A DNA stretch of 64,000 nt from an uncultured Actinomycetes bacterium (GCA_963777495.1 CAVZQM010000004.1:242679-306678), one strand, 5' to 3'. Shown: positions 11,876 through 22,587, numbered from the stretch's first letter. The notes: generated by a model not told the origin, from the sequence alone. Numbers and translations: made by a program.

Positions 11876-12646
11876 GTGAAGCTCAAGCCGCCGTCGCCGA
11901 GCGAACTCGGCGACCGCCTGCGCGACACCGAGGTCTGGAAGTCGATCTTCCGGCCGGGCTCGATCTTCCGGAGGGGTTACAAGGACACGTCGCGCGACCG
12001 CGCGCTCGCCACGATGAACAACGTGCTGTACCACCTGCACCCCGTGAAGGTGAAGCGGCACGGCCTGAAGCTCACCTACACGTTCTGCCTGGGCGGCCTG
12101 TCGTTCTTCCTGTTCATCCTGCTGACCGTCACCGGCATCTTCCTGATGTTCTTCTACCGGCCGATGGCCGATATCGGCGGCGCCGTGGCGTACGCCGACA
12201 TGCAGAGCATCCGCACCACCGTGTTCTTCGGGGACCTGGTCCGCAACCTCCACCGATGGGGCGCGCACCTGATGGTCTTCTCGGTGACGCTCCACATGGC
12301 GCGGGTGTTCTACACCGGCGCGTACAAGCCTCCGCGGGAGTTCAACTGGGTCGTCGGCGTGATCCTGCTGTTCCTCACGCTCGGATTGTCGTTCACGGGC
12401 TACCTGTTGCCATGGGACCAGCTCGCGATCTGGGCGGTCACGGTCGGCACGTCGCTCGCGGGCTACTCCCCGTTCATCGCCAAGCAGGCCAACTTCCTGC
12501 TGCTCGGCGGCGTCGTGGTCGGACCGAACACGTTGTTGCGGTGGTACGTGCTCCACGTGTTGGCGTTGCCGTTCGTGTTGGTGATCTTCCTGGCGGTCCA
12601 CTTCTGGCGGATCCGCAAGGACGGCGGCATCTCGGGACCGCTGTAG
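11876..12646 (+). CDS. qcrB: short cytochrome b6-like subunit of a Rieske/cytochrome b complex
   Basis: [18 protein letters not shown]...[17 protein letters not shown]-x14-H in helix D, C-terminal GISGPL. Confidence 0.93.
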   Translation: MKLKPPSPSELGDRLRDTEVWKSIFRPGSIFRRGYKDTSRDRALATMNNVLYHLHPVKVKRHGLKLTYTFCLGGLSFFLFILLTVTGIFLMFFYRPMADIGGAVAYADMQSIRTTVFFGDLVRNLHRWGAHLMVFSVTLHMARVFYTGAYKPPREFNWVVGVILLFLTLGLSFTGYLLPWDQLAIWAVTVGTSLAGYSPFIAKQANFLLLGGVVVGPNTLLRWYVLHVLALPFVLVIFLAVHFWRIRKDGGISGPL

Positions 12647-12658
12647 GAGGACGGAGCG

Positions 12659-13500
12659 ATGGCGAGAGAAGACACGCCGCTCGACCAAGCCGTCTTCGAC
12701 GCGACCCTGGCCGACCAGCTCGAGAAGGGCGCGGACCGTCGCGTCGCCGAAGGGCGCGCACGCTCGGCGGCGGTGCGCGCCTACAAGGCGGCGCACCCGG
12801 AGGAGGAGGCGACGCACGCTCCCGCGGCGGCGCGGCGGCAGCACCTGCCGCTGCCGCCCCCGGGGCCCCTGCCGCTGCCGCCGCACCTGCGGCCGCCGCG
12901 CCTGCCGCGGCTGCCGCCGCCGTCGCGGTCGCCGCGCCGGTCACCACGCCGGTGCGGACGGCCCCGCTGCCGACCGGCAACATCCCGACACCGAAGAAGG
13001 GCACGGACGACAAGCACCGCTTGCTGGCGCTGGTCCCGCCCGAGGGCATCCAGCGGGTCGAGCGCGAGCAGGGCGACCGCGTGAACGTCTGGCCCCACCT
13101 GCTGATCGAGGAGTTCGTGGCCATGCTGATCCTGTCGGCCGGGCTCCTCGTCTTCTCGACGTTCCTGATGGCGCCGCTGCGCGAGCTGGCCAACCCGAAC
13201 CTCACGCCGAACCCGTCGAAGGCCCCGTGGTACTTCCTGGGTCTGCAGGAGCTGCTGCGCTACTTCCACCCGATGATCGCCGGCATCACGATCCCCACGT
13301 TCATCCTGGTGGGCCTGGCCGCGGTGCCCTACGTCGACCGCAACCCCAGCGTGAAGCCCGGCGACCGCAAGATCGCGATGTCGATGTTCACGATCCTGTT
13401 CGCGTTCGGCGCGACGCTCACGATCATCGGGTGCTTCTTCCGCGGTCCCGGCTACAACTGGGTCTGGCCGTGGGCGCAAGGGGTGTTCTTCGACCTATGA
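12659..13500 (+). CDS. subunit IV (PetD-like) with N-terminal extension and Ala/Pro linker (frameshifted)
   Basis: VWPHLL, ANPNLTPNPSKAPWYFLGLQELLRY, PYVDRNPS. Confidence 0.88.
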
Positions 13501-14214
13501 CGCTCGCGCTCTCCACCGGGGTCGTCGCCGCGATCATCGTCTTCGTGGTGCTCGACATCTTCGCGATCGTGTTCGGGTTGTCGTTCGCCCGGGCGGCCAA
13601 GGAGCAGAAGGACGCGGCCGACGGCGCGTCCGGCGGCCCGCCGGTCCGGCCCCGGCGATGTCGCGTCGCGACTTCTTCCGCAAGTCCCTCCTGACGTCGC
13701 TCCTGGTGTTCGGCGCACAGTTCGGCGGGGCGACGATCGCGTTCCTGTGGCCGAGCCTGAAGGGCGGTTTCGGCTCGGTGATCAACGCCGGCGCCGTCTC
13801 CGACATCAAGTCGCAGATCGGGCGACGGACCAGCCCGTCTACAACGGCGCCGGCCGGTTCTACATCGTGCCGTGGGACGGCGACGTCGACGGCCGGACGG
13901 CGACTACGAGTTCCGGCGGCGTCACGACCGACGGGCATCATGCCGCTGTACCAGCGGTGCGTGCACCTGGGCTGCCGGGTGCCGTTCTGCGGCATCGTCG
14001 CAATGGTTCGAGTGCCCGTGCCACGGCTCGAAGTACAACTTCGCCGGCGAGTACAAGCTGGGTCCGGCACCGCGCGGCATGGACCGGTTCATGGTCACGG
14101 TGGAGAACGGCAACGTCATGGTGGACACGTCGACAGGTGGTCCTCGGACCGCCGCGCGGCACCGACACGATCAACGAACCCCCGCAGGGCCCGTTCTGCG
14201 TGGCCCCGGGATAG
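13497..14214 (+). CDS. qcrA: Rieske iron-sulfur protein (frameshifted)
   Basis: Tat motif SRRDFFRKS, CVHLGC, FECPCHGSKYN, GPAPRGM. Confidence 0.92.
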
Positions 14215-14239
14215 CGAGCGAGAGGACCGGAACGACGAC

Positions 14240-15001
14240 ATGCTGGCGCTGAGCGATACCGCGGGAGTGATCCTCCTCGTCCTCGGCGTCGTCTTCGTCG
14301 TGGCCGGCGGCAGGCGGCGCTGATCCTGCGGAGCCGGGTCACCCGCGAGCCGACGCCGGACATCCCGCCGGCCATGGAGCCCGGGCCGTCCGACCCCGCG
14401 CTCGAGACGCCGCTCCTGCAGAAGCTCCAGGGCTGGGGCGTCGTGCTGGTCGCGTTCTTCGTGGTCTGGCTCCCCTACAACTGGCTGATCGAGCCGTCGA
14501 CCAACCTCAAGCAGGAGGAGATGCTCAAGACCCAGGCGATCGATCGCGGCCGGCGCTCGGTCGAGCTCTTCAGCGAGGAGAACCAACTCGGCGTCGGCTG
14601 CGTGCGGTGCCACGGTCCGGAGCTGCGCGGCAGCGTCATCGCGGTCGGGACCGGATATGCCTACCCCCCGACCTCACCACGATCTGCGGCGGGCCCGTCG
14701 ACGGGGCACCCGCTGATCAAGTCGGTCACCGACATCCAGGACACGATCGAGCAGGGACGCGGCGCACATGCCGTCGTGGAGCATCCGGTACCAGGGCGCG
14801 CTCGACGACCAGCAGATCAACGACATCGTGAACTACCTGGTGCTTCATGAGCTCCGAGAACGTCCCGTACGAGGACAACATCTGCATCGAACCCCGACGC
14901 GGTCAAGGCGGTCAACTCGCCGTCGGCCACGCCGGAGGAGACGAGCGGCGCCACCGGGCGACGGGGTGCGACCGACCGGCGCGACGGGAGCCACCGCCTG
15001 A
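14240..15001 (+). CDS. membrane-anchored monoheme cytochrome c (frameshifted)
   Basis: TM segments, GCVRCHG, MPSWS...LDDQQINDIVNYL. Confidence 0.82.
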
Positions 15002-15752
15002 TGCTCGCGCAGGAGGTCCACACCTGTCTCGGGTTCCACATCGAGTGCGGCACGCTGTTCAAAGGTGCCGGCGTGACCGTGATGGCGATCATCCTGTTCG
15101 TCGGCAGCGTGTACCTGATGCTCTCGCTCGTGTTCGGCAAGTGGATGGGTTACCTGGTGCTCGCGGTGTGCTTCTCGGGGTGGGTCATCCTGCAATCGGC
15201 GCTGTGGTACTTCGGGTTCTGGGCCCAGGGCCCGGGCACGCCGACCAACCAGGGACCGCGTGGGCAGGAGCCGCCTGGGTCGTGCTCGAGGCCGGCCTGG
15301 ACATCGTCGGAGGCGCGGTTCACCACGTTCGACGAGTACCCGGGCGAGGAGTGGCAGGCGCCGACGCCCGGGCAGACTCCGTCCGTGCAATCCGTGAGCA
15401 GCGCCGCGACGTCGTTCCTCGCGGCGCAGGCGAATGCGGAGCTGGAGCTCGACCCGCTGGGCACACCGCCATCACCGGCACGCAGTTCACGTCGATCGCG
15501 TGTCGTTCGCCACCGCGGAGGACGGCAAGACGCCGCTCGCGGTCGTGCAGGCGCACTTCGTCGGCGGTGGGCCGCTCACGACGATGGCGCTGTACCACGA
15601 CTCCGGGAGCGTCCCGCGCTACTCGTTGATGTTCATGGTGGGATCGCTGCTGCTGTTCGCGATCCATCTGCCGCTTGCTCGATCGCGCCGAGAAGAAGCG
15701 CAAGGCGTTCCTGACCGGCGGGAGCGCGCCCGCGTGGTACGGCCCGGCCTAG
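15001..15752 (+). CDS. hypothetical membrane protein (frameshifted)
   Basis: two N-terminal hydrophobic helices, a soluble segment and a C-terminal helix; translationally coupled to the cytochrome c gene. Confidence 0.6.
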
Positions 15753-15780
15753 ACCAGCGGAAGAAGGAGACTCGACGACG

Positions 15781-15893
15781 ATGCTCGGACAGAGGCGATC
15801 CCCCTCCTCGATCAGGGGAGCATCCAGTTCATCCTGTTCGGCTTGATGGTCCTCGCGGTCCTGTTCCTGATGTGGGTGACGATCGCCAAGTAG
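15781..15893 (+). CDS. ~37-aa single-TM microprotein (one probable 1-nt deletion)
   Basis: GAAGGAGA RBS; reads ML.TEAIPLLDQGSIQFILFGLMVLAVLFLMWVTIAK* after one indel at codon 3. Confidence 0.5.
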
Positions 15894-15894
15894 G

Positions 15895-16579
15895 TCAGCG
15901 GTCGAGATCCGCGACGGCGCGCCCGCGACGGCGCACCTCGGCGAGCGTCGCCTTCCGCTGCTCGTAGAAGGCCAGGATCTGCAGCTCCACGGCCAGGTCG
16001 ACCTTGCGGACCGACACTCCCTCGGGAACCGCGATCACCGCGGGCGCGAAGTTGAGGATCGAACGGATGCCCGCTGCGACCAGCTGATCGGCAACCTCTT
16101 GGACCGCACCTGCAGGCGTGGCGATCACCCCGATCGCGATATCGAGCGAGCGCACGAGCTCCGGCAGGTCGTCCACGTGGTGGATCGTGAGCGCGCCCGA
16201 CGCGCTGCCCCACCTTCGCCGGGTCCACGTCGATCAGCGCGGCCACGCTGAACCCTCGCTCAGGGAAACCTCGATAGTTCGCCAGCGCGTGACCCAGATT
16301 GCCGATGCCGGCGATCACGATGGGCCAATCCTGCGTCAGGCCGAGCTCACGGCGGATCTGATGGATCAGGTACGCGACGTCGTACCCGACCCCCCGCGTT
16401 CCGTAGGACCCCAGGTGCGAGAGGTCCTTGCGCACCTTCGCCGAGTTGACGCCGGACGCTTCGGCCAGAGCCTCGGACGACACCGTGGACGCACCTGATT
16501 CCGCGATGTCCACCAGGGCCTGGAGGTAGATCGGCAGCCGACCCACCGTCGCCTCGGGGATGGGCCGGCCCTTCGTCAT
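15895..16579 (-). CDS. rex: redox-sensing transcriptional repressor Rex (frameshift near 16195)
   Basis: IPEATVGRLPIY, KVRKDLSHLGSYGTRGVGY, GIGNLGHALANY, ILNFAP. Confidence 0.95.
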
Positions 16580-16680
16580 GCGCACACCGGCCCGGCCGAC
16601 ATCGGTGCAGCGTAATCCACCTGCCCAGGCGTTCTCAAGTGCACAAGCGCTCTGGGGCCGTCCGCCTGACGCGCCCGGCG

Positions 16681-16917
16681 TCAGCCGGCCTGGACGATCG
16701 AGCGCAGCTCGGCCACATCGACCTCGTACTCGAACCGCTCCTCCCCGTCGATCTTCACCACGGGGATCCGGATCCCGTACTCGCGCTCCAGGTCGTCGTC
16801 GCCCCCGACATCCACCTCCACCAGGTCGAACGCGACGCTGGTTCGTTCGGCGAGGAGGACCTCCCTGGCTACGTCGCACAGGTGACATCCGGCTCGCGAA
16901 TACAGGACCACGCGCAT
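16681..16917 (-). CDS. glutaredoxin-like protein (DUF836 family)
   Basis: VVLYSRAGCHLCD...YGIRIPVV; typical position upstream of actinobacterial rex. Confidence 0.85.
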   Translation of the reverse strand: MRVVLYSRAGCHLCDVAREVLLAERTSVAFDLVEVDVGGDDDLEREYGIRIPVVKIDGEERFEYEVDVAELRSIVQAG

Positions 16918-16990
16918 CGAGCGGATGCTACCCGCGGCCGAAGCCGCTCCGGGGAAGGCCATCCGCGACCGGTGATACAACTGGACGGCG

Positions 16991-17557
16991 ATGACGAACG
17001 GCGATGTCGACGACCTTGAGCTCCACCGGAGGCTGTCCACAGGCGACCGTGGCGCCTTCGACGAGCTCTACCGCCGGTACTCACCGACCGCGTACGGGCT
17101 CGCCTACCGGCTGACCGGCCAGCAGATGCTGGCCCAAGATGTCGTCCACGACGCGTTCATGGCACTGTGGCGCGCTCCCGAGGCGTTCGATCCCGCCCGC
17201 GGCGCGTTCCGGACGTTCTTCCTGTCCCTGGTGCACCATCGGGCGGTCGACACCGTTCGTCGCGAGGAACGGATCCGCAAACGAACCGAGCGAGCGGCGA
17301 ACCTCGAGCCGCTGACCGTCGAAGACCCTGCGGAGGATGTCGTGGACGACGCGTTCATCGGCATCCGCCGCCAGGAGGTCCGCCAGGCCCTCCAGACGCT
17401 CCCGGACCCACAACGACAGGTGCTCGAGATGGCGTATCTCCAGGCGTACACGCAGGCCCAGATCGCGGAGGAGCTCGGGATCCCGATCGGGACGGTGAAG
17501 ACCAGGACGCTGGCGGCCATGCGGAAGCTCCGCCGGGCGCTGTACCGAGAGGACTAG
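16991..17557 (+). CDS. ECF sigma factor (SigK-like)
   Basis: GDRGAFDELY, AQDVVHDAF, region 4 IAEELGIPIGTVKTR. Confidence 0.92.
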   Translation: MTNGDVDDLELHRRLSTGDRGAFDELYRRYSPTAYGLAYRLTGQQMLAQDVVHDAFMALWRAPEAFDPARGAFRTFFLSLVHHRAVDTVRREERIRKRTERAANLEPLTVEDPAEDVVDDAFIGIRRQEVRQALQTLPDPQRQVLEMAYLQAYTQAQIAEELGIPIGTVKTRTLAAMRKLRRALYRED

Positions 17558-17558
17558 C

Positions 17559-18272
17559 TTGACGGAGACCCACGAAGCGATCGAGGAACTGCTGGTCGGC
17601 TACGTCCTGCGGAGCCTCTCGGGCGAGGATGCCGCTCGGGCCGACCATCTGCTCTCCGATCACGTGCCGCACTGCCCCGCGTGCCGGGATTCGCTCGCGG
17701 TCTTCCAGGCCGTGTCGGCCGACCTGGCCTTCGAAGCGACGCCCCTCACACCACCGGACACCCTGCTGCCGAGCCTGCACCGTGATCTCGGCGAGCAGGA
17801 TCGCCGCCGGCGCCCGGTCGCGATCTTCGCGGTCGCGGCGAGCGTCGTGGCGGTGGTCGGATTCGCGGGCCTGGCCGTCAGCCAGGGTATGCGGGTCAAC
17901 GACACGCAGTCCCGCATCGACGACATCCGCTCGGCGTTCGACTTCGCTCGCAACCCCGAAGCCTCCATGGTGCAGATCGAGGGTACGGACGCGGAGACCG
18001 AACCGATCACCGAGATCTCTCGACCCGGCACCGAGCGCTTCTATCTGGTCGGCAGCGATGTGCCCACGCCGCCCGAAGGCTCGGTCTACCGGGTGTGGCT
18101 GGTGTCGGGGACCGAGGCGACCTGGGCGACGGATTTCGTTCCGGAGCCCGGGATGATGGTCGTCGAGCTGGAGTTCGATCCCCACCGCTACGACCGCATC
18201 CTGATCTCGGTGGAGCCGGCCGGGTCCACGCCGGACACTCCCGAGATCGCGGTCTGGCAGACGGCCAGCTGA
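17559..18272 (+). CDS. anti-sigma factor (zinc-finger ZAS plus TM plus RskA-like domain)
   Basis: HVPHCPAC, TM segment, GSVYRVWLV...ISVEPAGS. Confidence 0.88.
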   Translation: MTETHEAIEELLVGYVLRSLSGEDAARADHLLSDHVPHCPACRDSLAVFQAVSADLAFEATPLTPPDTLLPSLHRDLGEQDRRRRPVAIFAVAASVVAVVGFAGLAVSQGMRVNDTQSRIDDIRSAFDFARNPEASMVQIEGTDAETEPITEISRPGTERFYLVGSDVPTPPEGSVYRVWLVSGTEATWATDFVPEPGMMVVELEFDPHRYDRILISVEPAGSTPDTPEIAVWQTAS

Positions 18273-18300
18273 CGATCTCCGGCCTCGGCCGGTCGCGAGC

Positions 18301-19752
18301 TCAGATCTGGGTCGCCCCTCGCACGGCCAGGAACAGACCGACCACGACGATCGCCGACGCCGAGAGCACCGGCACCAGCCGCCCCCAGAACGACGAGAGG
18401 CGGTCGGCCATGGTGGTCCGCGCCCGCAGCGCGCCCAGGCTGACCACGATCAACGCCGACGCCAAGCCGACGCTGAACGCGAGGATGAGTCCGATCCCGT
18501 AGCCGACGCGATGCGCGTTGATCGCGCCCAGCATGACGATCAGCGCGCTCGGAGAGGGCAAGATGCCGCCGGCCAACGCCAGGGCGATGAGGCCCCGTCT
18601 CGACGTGAGCGACACGCCGTTGGGCAGCCCGTGGGTGTGCCCGTGCCCGTGGTGCTCGTGGTCGTGGTGATCGCTCGCCGCGTGCTCGAGGGCGTGCGCC
18701 GCTTCGTGACGAGCGTTCGACCAGGCGGAGAGCCTGCCGATCGTCAGGGACGCGCCCAGGCCGATCGCGACCAGGCCGGAGAGCAGCCCGAGCCACGGGT
18801 ACAGCGATTCCGGCCGGAACGTCTGCTCCAGCGTGATCACCAGCAGGCCGAGGCCGAGCACGGAGGCGGTATGCATCACGGCGACCGCCGAGCCCACGGC
18901 GACGGCCTGACGCACCTTCGTCTCAGAGCCCACCATGTAGGCGGCCATCAACGTCTTCCCGTGACCAGGGAGCAGCGCGTGCCACGCGCCGAACGCCACG
19001 GCGAGCACGAGAGCCAGCAGGACGAGAACGATGCCGTGGTTGTCGACGAGCGAGGCGAACGCGCCGAGGTCGACGCCGGGTCGCGCCACCTCGGTCGTGT
19101 CCGCCGGCTCGGCCGAACCGCCCACCGACGCGCCCGGAGCGAACGAGGCTCGCATCGACGTGACGTCGAGCGGGCTCGACAGCAGATCCTGCGGGTACGC
19201 CAGGAGGGCGTCGCTGACGCTTTCCGCCGGGACGTTCGATCCCCGGAGCGCCGCCCCGTCCTCGCCGACGGCGGTGATCTCGCGCCATCCGATGCCGCCG
19301 GCGTCGTTGCCGTCGCGATAGGTGATCTCACCCGTTCGGTCGATCGCCGCCGCGAACAGCCCCTCGAACCGCAGGGTCGGCAGACCGCCCTGTCCGTCGC
19401 GGAGGCGGGCGTCCACGGAGCGCACCTCGAGCGGTACCGTCAGGCCGTTCACCGTCAGCCGCAGGTTCCCGAGCAGATCGGACCCTTCCGCCCCGGCCCA
19501 GTGACCGGCCTCGATGGGCGAGACCGTCCCGTCGTCGTCCGTGTCGATCGACGGCATCTCCTGGAACGTGGGGATCTCTGCCATGTCGACCACGTAGTCG
19601 ATCCGGATCTCGCCGGGCACCACATGGATCCCGCTGTAGAAGTTCACGGTGAAGTTCCCGAGCGGGTGCGCCGAGGACGGTGCGGCCGGCCACAGGACCG
19701 CGAGCGAGATCGTCGCCAGGAGGATCAACGAGCGGCGCACGCCCCGCCTCAT
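18301..19752 (-). CDS. Ni/Co transporter (NicO/RcnA-like) with N-terminal extracellular domain
   Basis: signal peptide plus AHPLGNF, GAWHALLPGHGKTLMAAY, His-rich loop, PSPSAL. Confidence 0.88.
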   Translation of the reverse strand: MRRGVRRSLILLATISLAVLWPAAPSSAHPLGNFTVNFYSGIHVVPGEIRIDYVVDMAEIPTFQEMPSIDTDDDGTVSPIEAGHWAGAEGSDLLGNLRLTVNGLTVPLEVRSVDARLRDGQGGLPTLRFEGLFAAAIDRTGEITYRDGNDAGGIGWREITAVGEDGAALRGSNVPAESVSDALLAYPQDLLSSPLDVTSMRASFAPGASVGGSAEPADTTEVARPGVDLGAFASLVDNHGIVLVLLALVLAVAFGAWHALLPGHGKTLMAAYMVGSETKVRQAVAVGSAVAVMHTASVLGLGLLVITLEQTFRPESLYPWLGLLSGLVAIGLGASLTIGRLSAWSNARHEAAHALEHAASDHHDHEHHGHGHTHGLPNGVSLTSRRGLIALALAGGILPSPSALIVMLGAINAHRVGYGIGLILAFSVGLASALIVVSLGALRARTTMADRLSSFWGRLVPVLSASAIVVVGLFLAVRGATQI

Positions 19753-21081
19753 GCCGCGCCCCCGAGCTCCGCGAGTGTCGCTCGCGCGATCGGTGCGTAC
19801 TGGATCGAGAAGTGCGGGTTGAGATCGAGGGCCGCCGCCAGCAGCGAGCGTGCTTCGTCGTCGTTCCCCAGCGCCTCGCTGGATCATCCCGGCGTGGAAC
19901 GTGAAGAGGGCGTTGCGATAACCGAGCACCATCGCCTCGCGGGCGTAGACGGACGCTTCGGTGTAGTCCCCGGCCGCGTAGAGAGCCCAGGCATACGCGT
20001 CGGCGACGTGGACGCTCTGCCGCTTGGCCCACTCGTCGCGCGCAGCGCGCACGGCCCCGTCCGGATCGCCGTGCGCCGCATCGAACAGCGCCAGCTCCAG
20101 GTCGACGTTGACGCCGTTCGCGCGGGAGAGCTTCTCCTCCGCGCGGACCAGCGCGTACTGCTGTTCCGCGCGTGCGGCGTCCCCGAGGGACGCGTGAAGG
20201 TCACCGAGCGCGATCACGTACTCGGGTGATGGGAACCTCGCGACCACATCGGTGTATCCGACGATCGCCTTGCGCAGATGACCGCGAGCCCAGGCCACCT
20301 TGGCCAGGCCCGCGAACGACGGCACAGCGTTCACGTCCGTACGGGCCCCGAACGCGTAGGCGGCCTGCGCGGCGGCCAGGTCCCCCCGGTTGAAGTGAAG
20401 CTCGCCGAGTTGGAAGCTCGCCCACGCGGTGTCCGCGGGCGTGCCGGCGATGTCGCGCGCCGCCTCCATCGCCTGGATCGCGCCGGACACGTCGCCCATC
20501 AGCTCGCGGGCGTACGAGACACGGGCGTACGACGCCACCCCGGGTCGCGTGTCCACCATGGTCTGGAACGTCGCGAACGCCTCCCGGTAGCGTCCGAGCT
20601 CCACCTGGGCGTCGCCGATCACGCCGTAGACGTTGCCGTTGTAGGGATTGATCGCCTTGGCTCGTTCGCCCCATCGCAGGGCGGCGGCGAAATCGTGCCG
20701 TGCCGAGGCGAGCGCGGCCATGCCGACCATCGCCGCGAAGTTCTCGTCCCGCTCCAGCGCGAGCGAGCGTCGCAGCACGCCCTGGGCCTTCGGGTAGTAG
20801 CTCGGATCCGCCGTGATGCGGCCCTGCTGCACGTACGCCAGTCCGAGCGAGGCGAACGCCTGCCAGTCCGTCGGCAACGCGCGCAGGCGGGACTGGAGCG
20901 TCTCGATGATGTGCTCGATGGATCCGTTCACCGCGGGCGCGAGCAGGGTGTTCGCCGTCACGGCCGGGGCGGCTTGCACCTGCGCACCGTCGTCGTCCGA
21001 GCGGAAGAGCCCGATCCCGCCGGCGACGAATAGTGCGACGGACAGGACGGCCGCGCCGCCGATCCGAGCCACTCGCTTCAT
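19749..21081 (-). CDS. secreted or anchored TPR-repeat protein (frameshift near 19880 fuses it to the next ORF)
   Basis: N-terminal hydrophobic anchor, repeated helical TPR-like motifs; TGA at 19749-19751 overlaps the next ATG. Confidence 0.85.
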
Positions 21082-21114
21082 ATCCGTTCGCTCCTCATCG
21101 CTCCGTCGTGGGTG

Positions 21115-21143
21115 CGGGGTCCGGCCCGAGGGGCCGGACCCCG
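21115..21143 (-). terminator. 13-bp GC hairpin between the DUF4331 and TPR genes (terminator or stabiliser)
   Basis: CGGGGTCCGGCCC-GAG-GGGCCGGACCCCG. Confidence 0.6.
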
Positions 21144-21195
21144 TTCCCGTCTGCGTTCGACCAACCGACGGGTGCGGTCGAACAGATGCCGCCGA

Positions 21196-22587
21196 TCAGC
21201 TGTGCGGTGACGTGTCCGATCCGGAGAACGGGTACGCCACGTACGGGAAGACGTCCAGGAACGGGACGTCGTTCTCGTCGACGCCGTCGCCGATCGTGTC
21301 CGCCAGCGGCTGGTGGTCCGTCAACAGCACGCCGAGCACCGCCCGCAGCGAGACATCGATGACGTCGTCGGAGAGCCGGCGACCGTTCGGGAAGCCGGCC
21401 ACGTCGCCGCCGATCACGCCGAAGGCCGAGCAGTCGGTCGTGCACGGCGCGATCGCCGTGTTCAGACGCAACATCTCGCTGGCCTTGACGTTCGCGGGCT
21501 GGTTCAGCATGGGAACGCCCGTCAGGAAGACCTGGATCAGGTCCGCCCGCTGGATCCCCGCCGTGTCCGGGTCCGAGTCCGGCACATCCGTGCCGTACAC
21601 CGCGTTGAGCAGATGCGGTAGCTCGGGGTCCTGAACCAGCGGCAAGGCAGCGCCGTCGGCCTTGGGCTTGGAGGAGTTGAAGTAGTCCTTCAATCCCACG
21701 GGCACGACGACCTCGTTCACGAGCGGGCTGCCCAGGCGCGAGACCTGAACGTTCTTGCCCTTGAACGTCTGGCTGCCGTCACCGTTCTCGATGCGCATGC
21801 TCGGACGCGATGCCGTGCTCCACACACCGATCGTCGTCTCGCCACCCCTGGTGACGTCCTTCGTCGGCACCTGCAGCGCGAACGTGTTCACGTTGAATCC
21901 GGACAGCGTGTCGTCGCCGGCTTCCGTGAGGTCGGCCCCGTACAGGAGGTCGAACACGCGGAGGTCGAGGAAGAACGGATCGTCGGACTGACCCACCCAG
22001 CTGAACGACGGGTTCGATCCCCCGATCTGGGTCGTGGCAGCGTCGAACAGGTCGTCGTTGTAGCCGGGCATGGAAGCGGCGCCGACGTTGCTCGGTGCGA
22101 CCTTCGCGTCGTTGAGGAGGAGCCTCCGATGTCCCTTCGAGATCTTCCAGAGGTCGTACGTCTGGTAGATGTTCAGGTCGGGGTCGTTCAGCGACGTGAC
22201 CGGACCCGTGTTGTACAGGAACGTGTTCGGGTTGCGGTGATGGGTCGTGAACCTCCAGCGGTACGTGATGTCGGCGTTGGTGCCGCCGTCGTTGCTGATG
22301 TTGATGTCGTAGTTCGTGTCTTCCGCCCAGAGGTAGAAGTTCGGCCCACCGGCCGGCTCCTCGAACGGGATCCACGAGCTGATGAGCGTGACGGAATCCG
22401 GCCGATCGGGGCTCACGAACGCATAGACGTCCGTGTTGTCGATCTGCGGATCCGCAGACGTGAGCGGCGCTTCGCGGTGGCTGGACGCGCGGCCGGCGAG
22501 CGGAGCGAGCCCGGCGAACAGGCCACCTCCGACCACCAACGCGGTCGTTGCCGCGAGCACCTTGTTGCGGATGCGTTGCCCTGACAA
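21196..22587 (-). CDS. DUF4331 domain secreted protein
   Basis: signal peptide then SSHREAP...DNTDVYAF, DDPFFLDL, QVSRLGSPLVNE, GFPNGRRL.DDVID, FPY; AGGAG RBS before TTG. Confidence 0.9.
   Translation of the reverse strand: MSGQRIRNKVLAATTALVVGGGLFAGLAPLAGRASSHREAPLTSADPQIDNTDVYAFVSPDRPDSVTLISSWIPFEEPAGGPNFYLWAEDTNYDINISNDGGTNADITYRWRFTTHHRNPNTFLYNTGPVTSLNDPDLNIYQTYDLWKISKGHRRLLLNDAKVAPSNVGAASMPGYNDDLFDAATTQIGGSNPSFSWVGQSDDPFFLDLRVFDLLYGADLTEAGDDTLSGFNVNTFALQVPTKDVTRGGETTIGVWSTASRPSMRIENGDGSQTFKGKNVQVSRLGSPLVNEVVVPVGLKDYFNSSKPKADGAALPLVQDPELPHLLNAVYGTDVPDSDPDTAGIQRADLIQVFLTGVPMLNQPANVKASEMLRLNTAIAPCTTDCSAFGVIGGDVAGFPNGRRLSDDVIDVSLRAVLGVLLTDHQPLADTIGDGVDENDVPFLDVFPYVAYPFSGSDTSPHS

Noticed and set aside
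16629-16646. Autoregulatory Rex site upstream of rex
   Set aside because: Only one half-site (TGCACAA) resembles the consensus
18301-21081. 926-aa TPR-transporter fusion
   Set aside because: An internal signal peptide and ATGA overlap at 19749-19752 indicate two genes plus an indel near 19880
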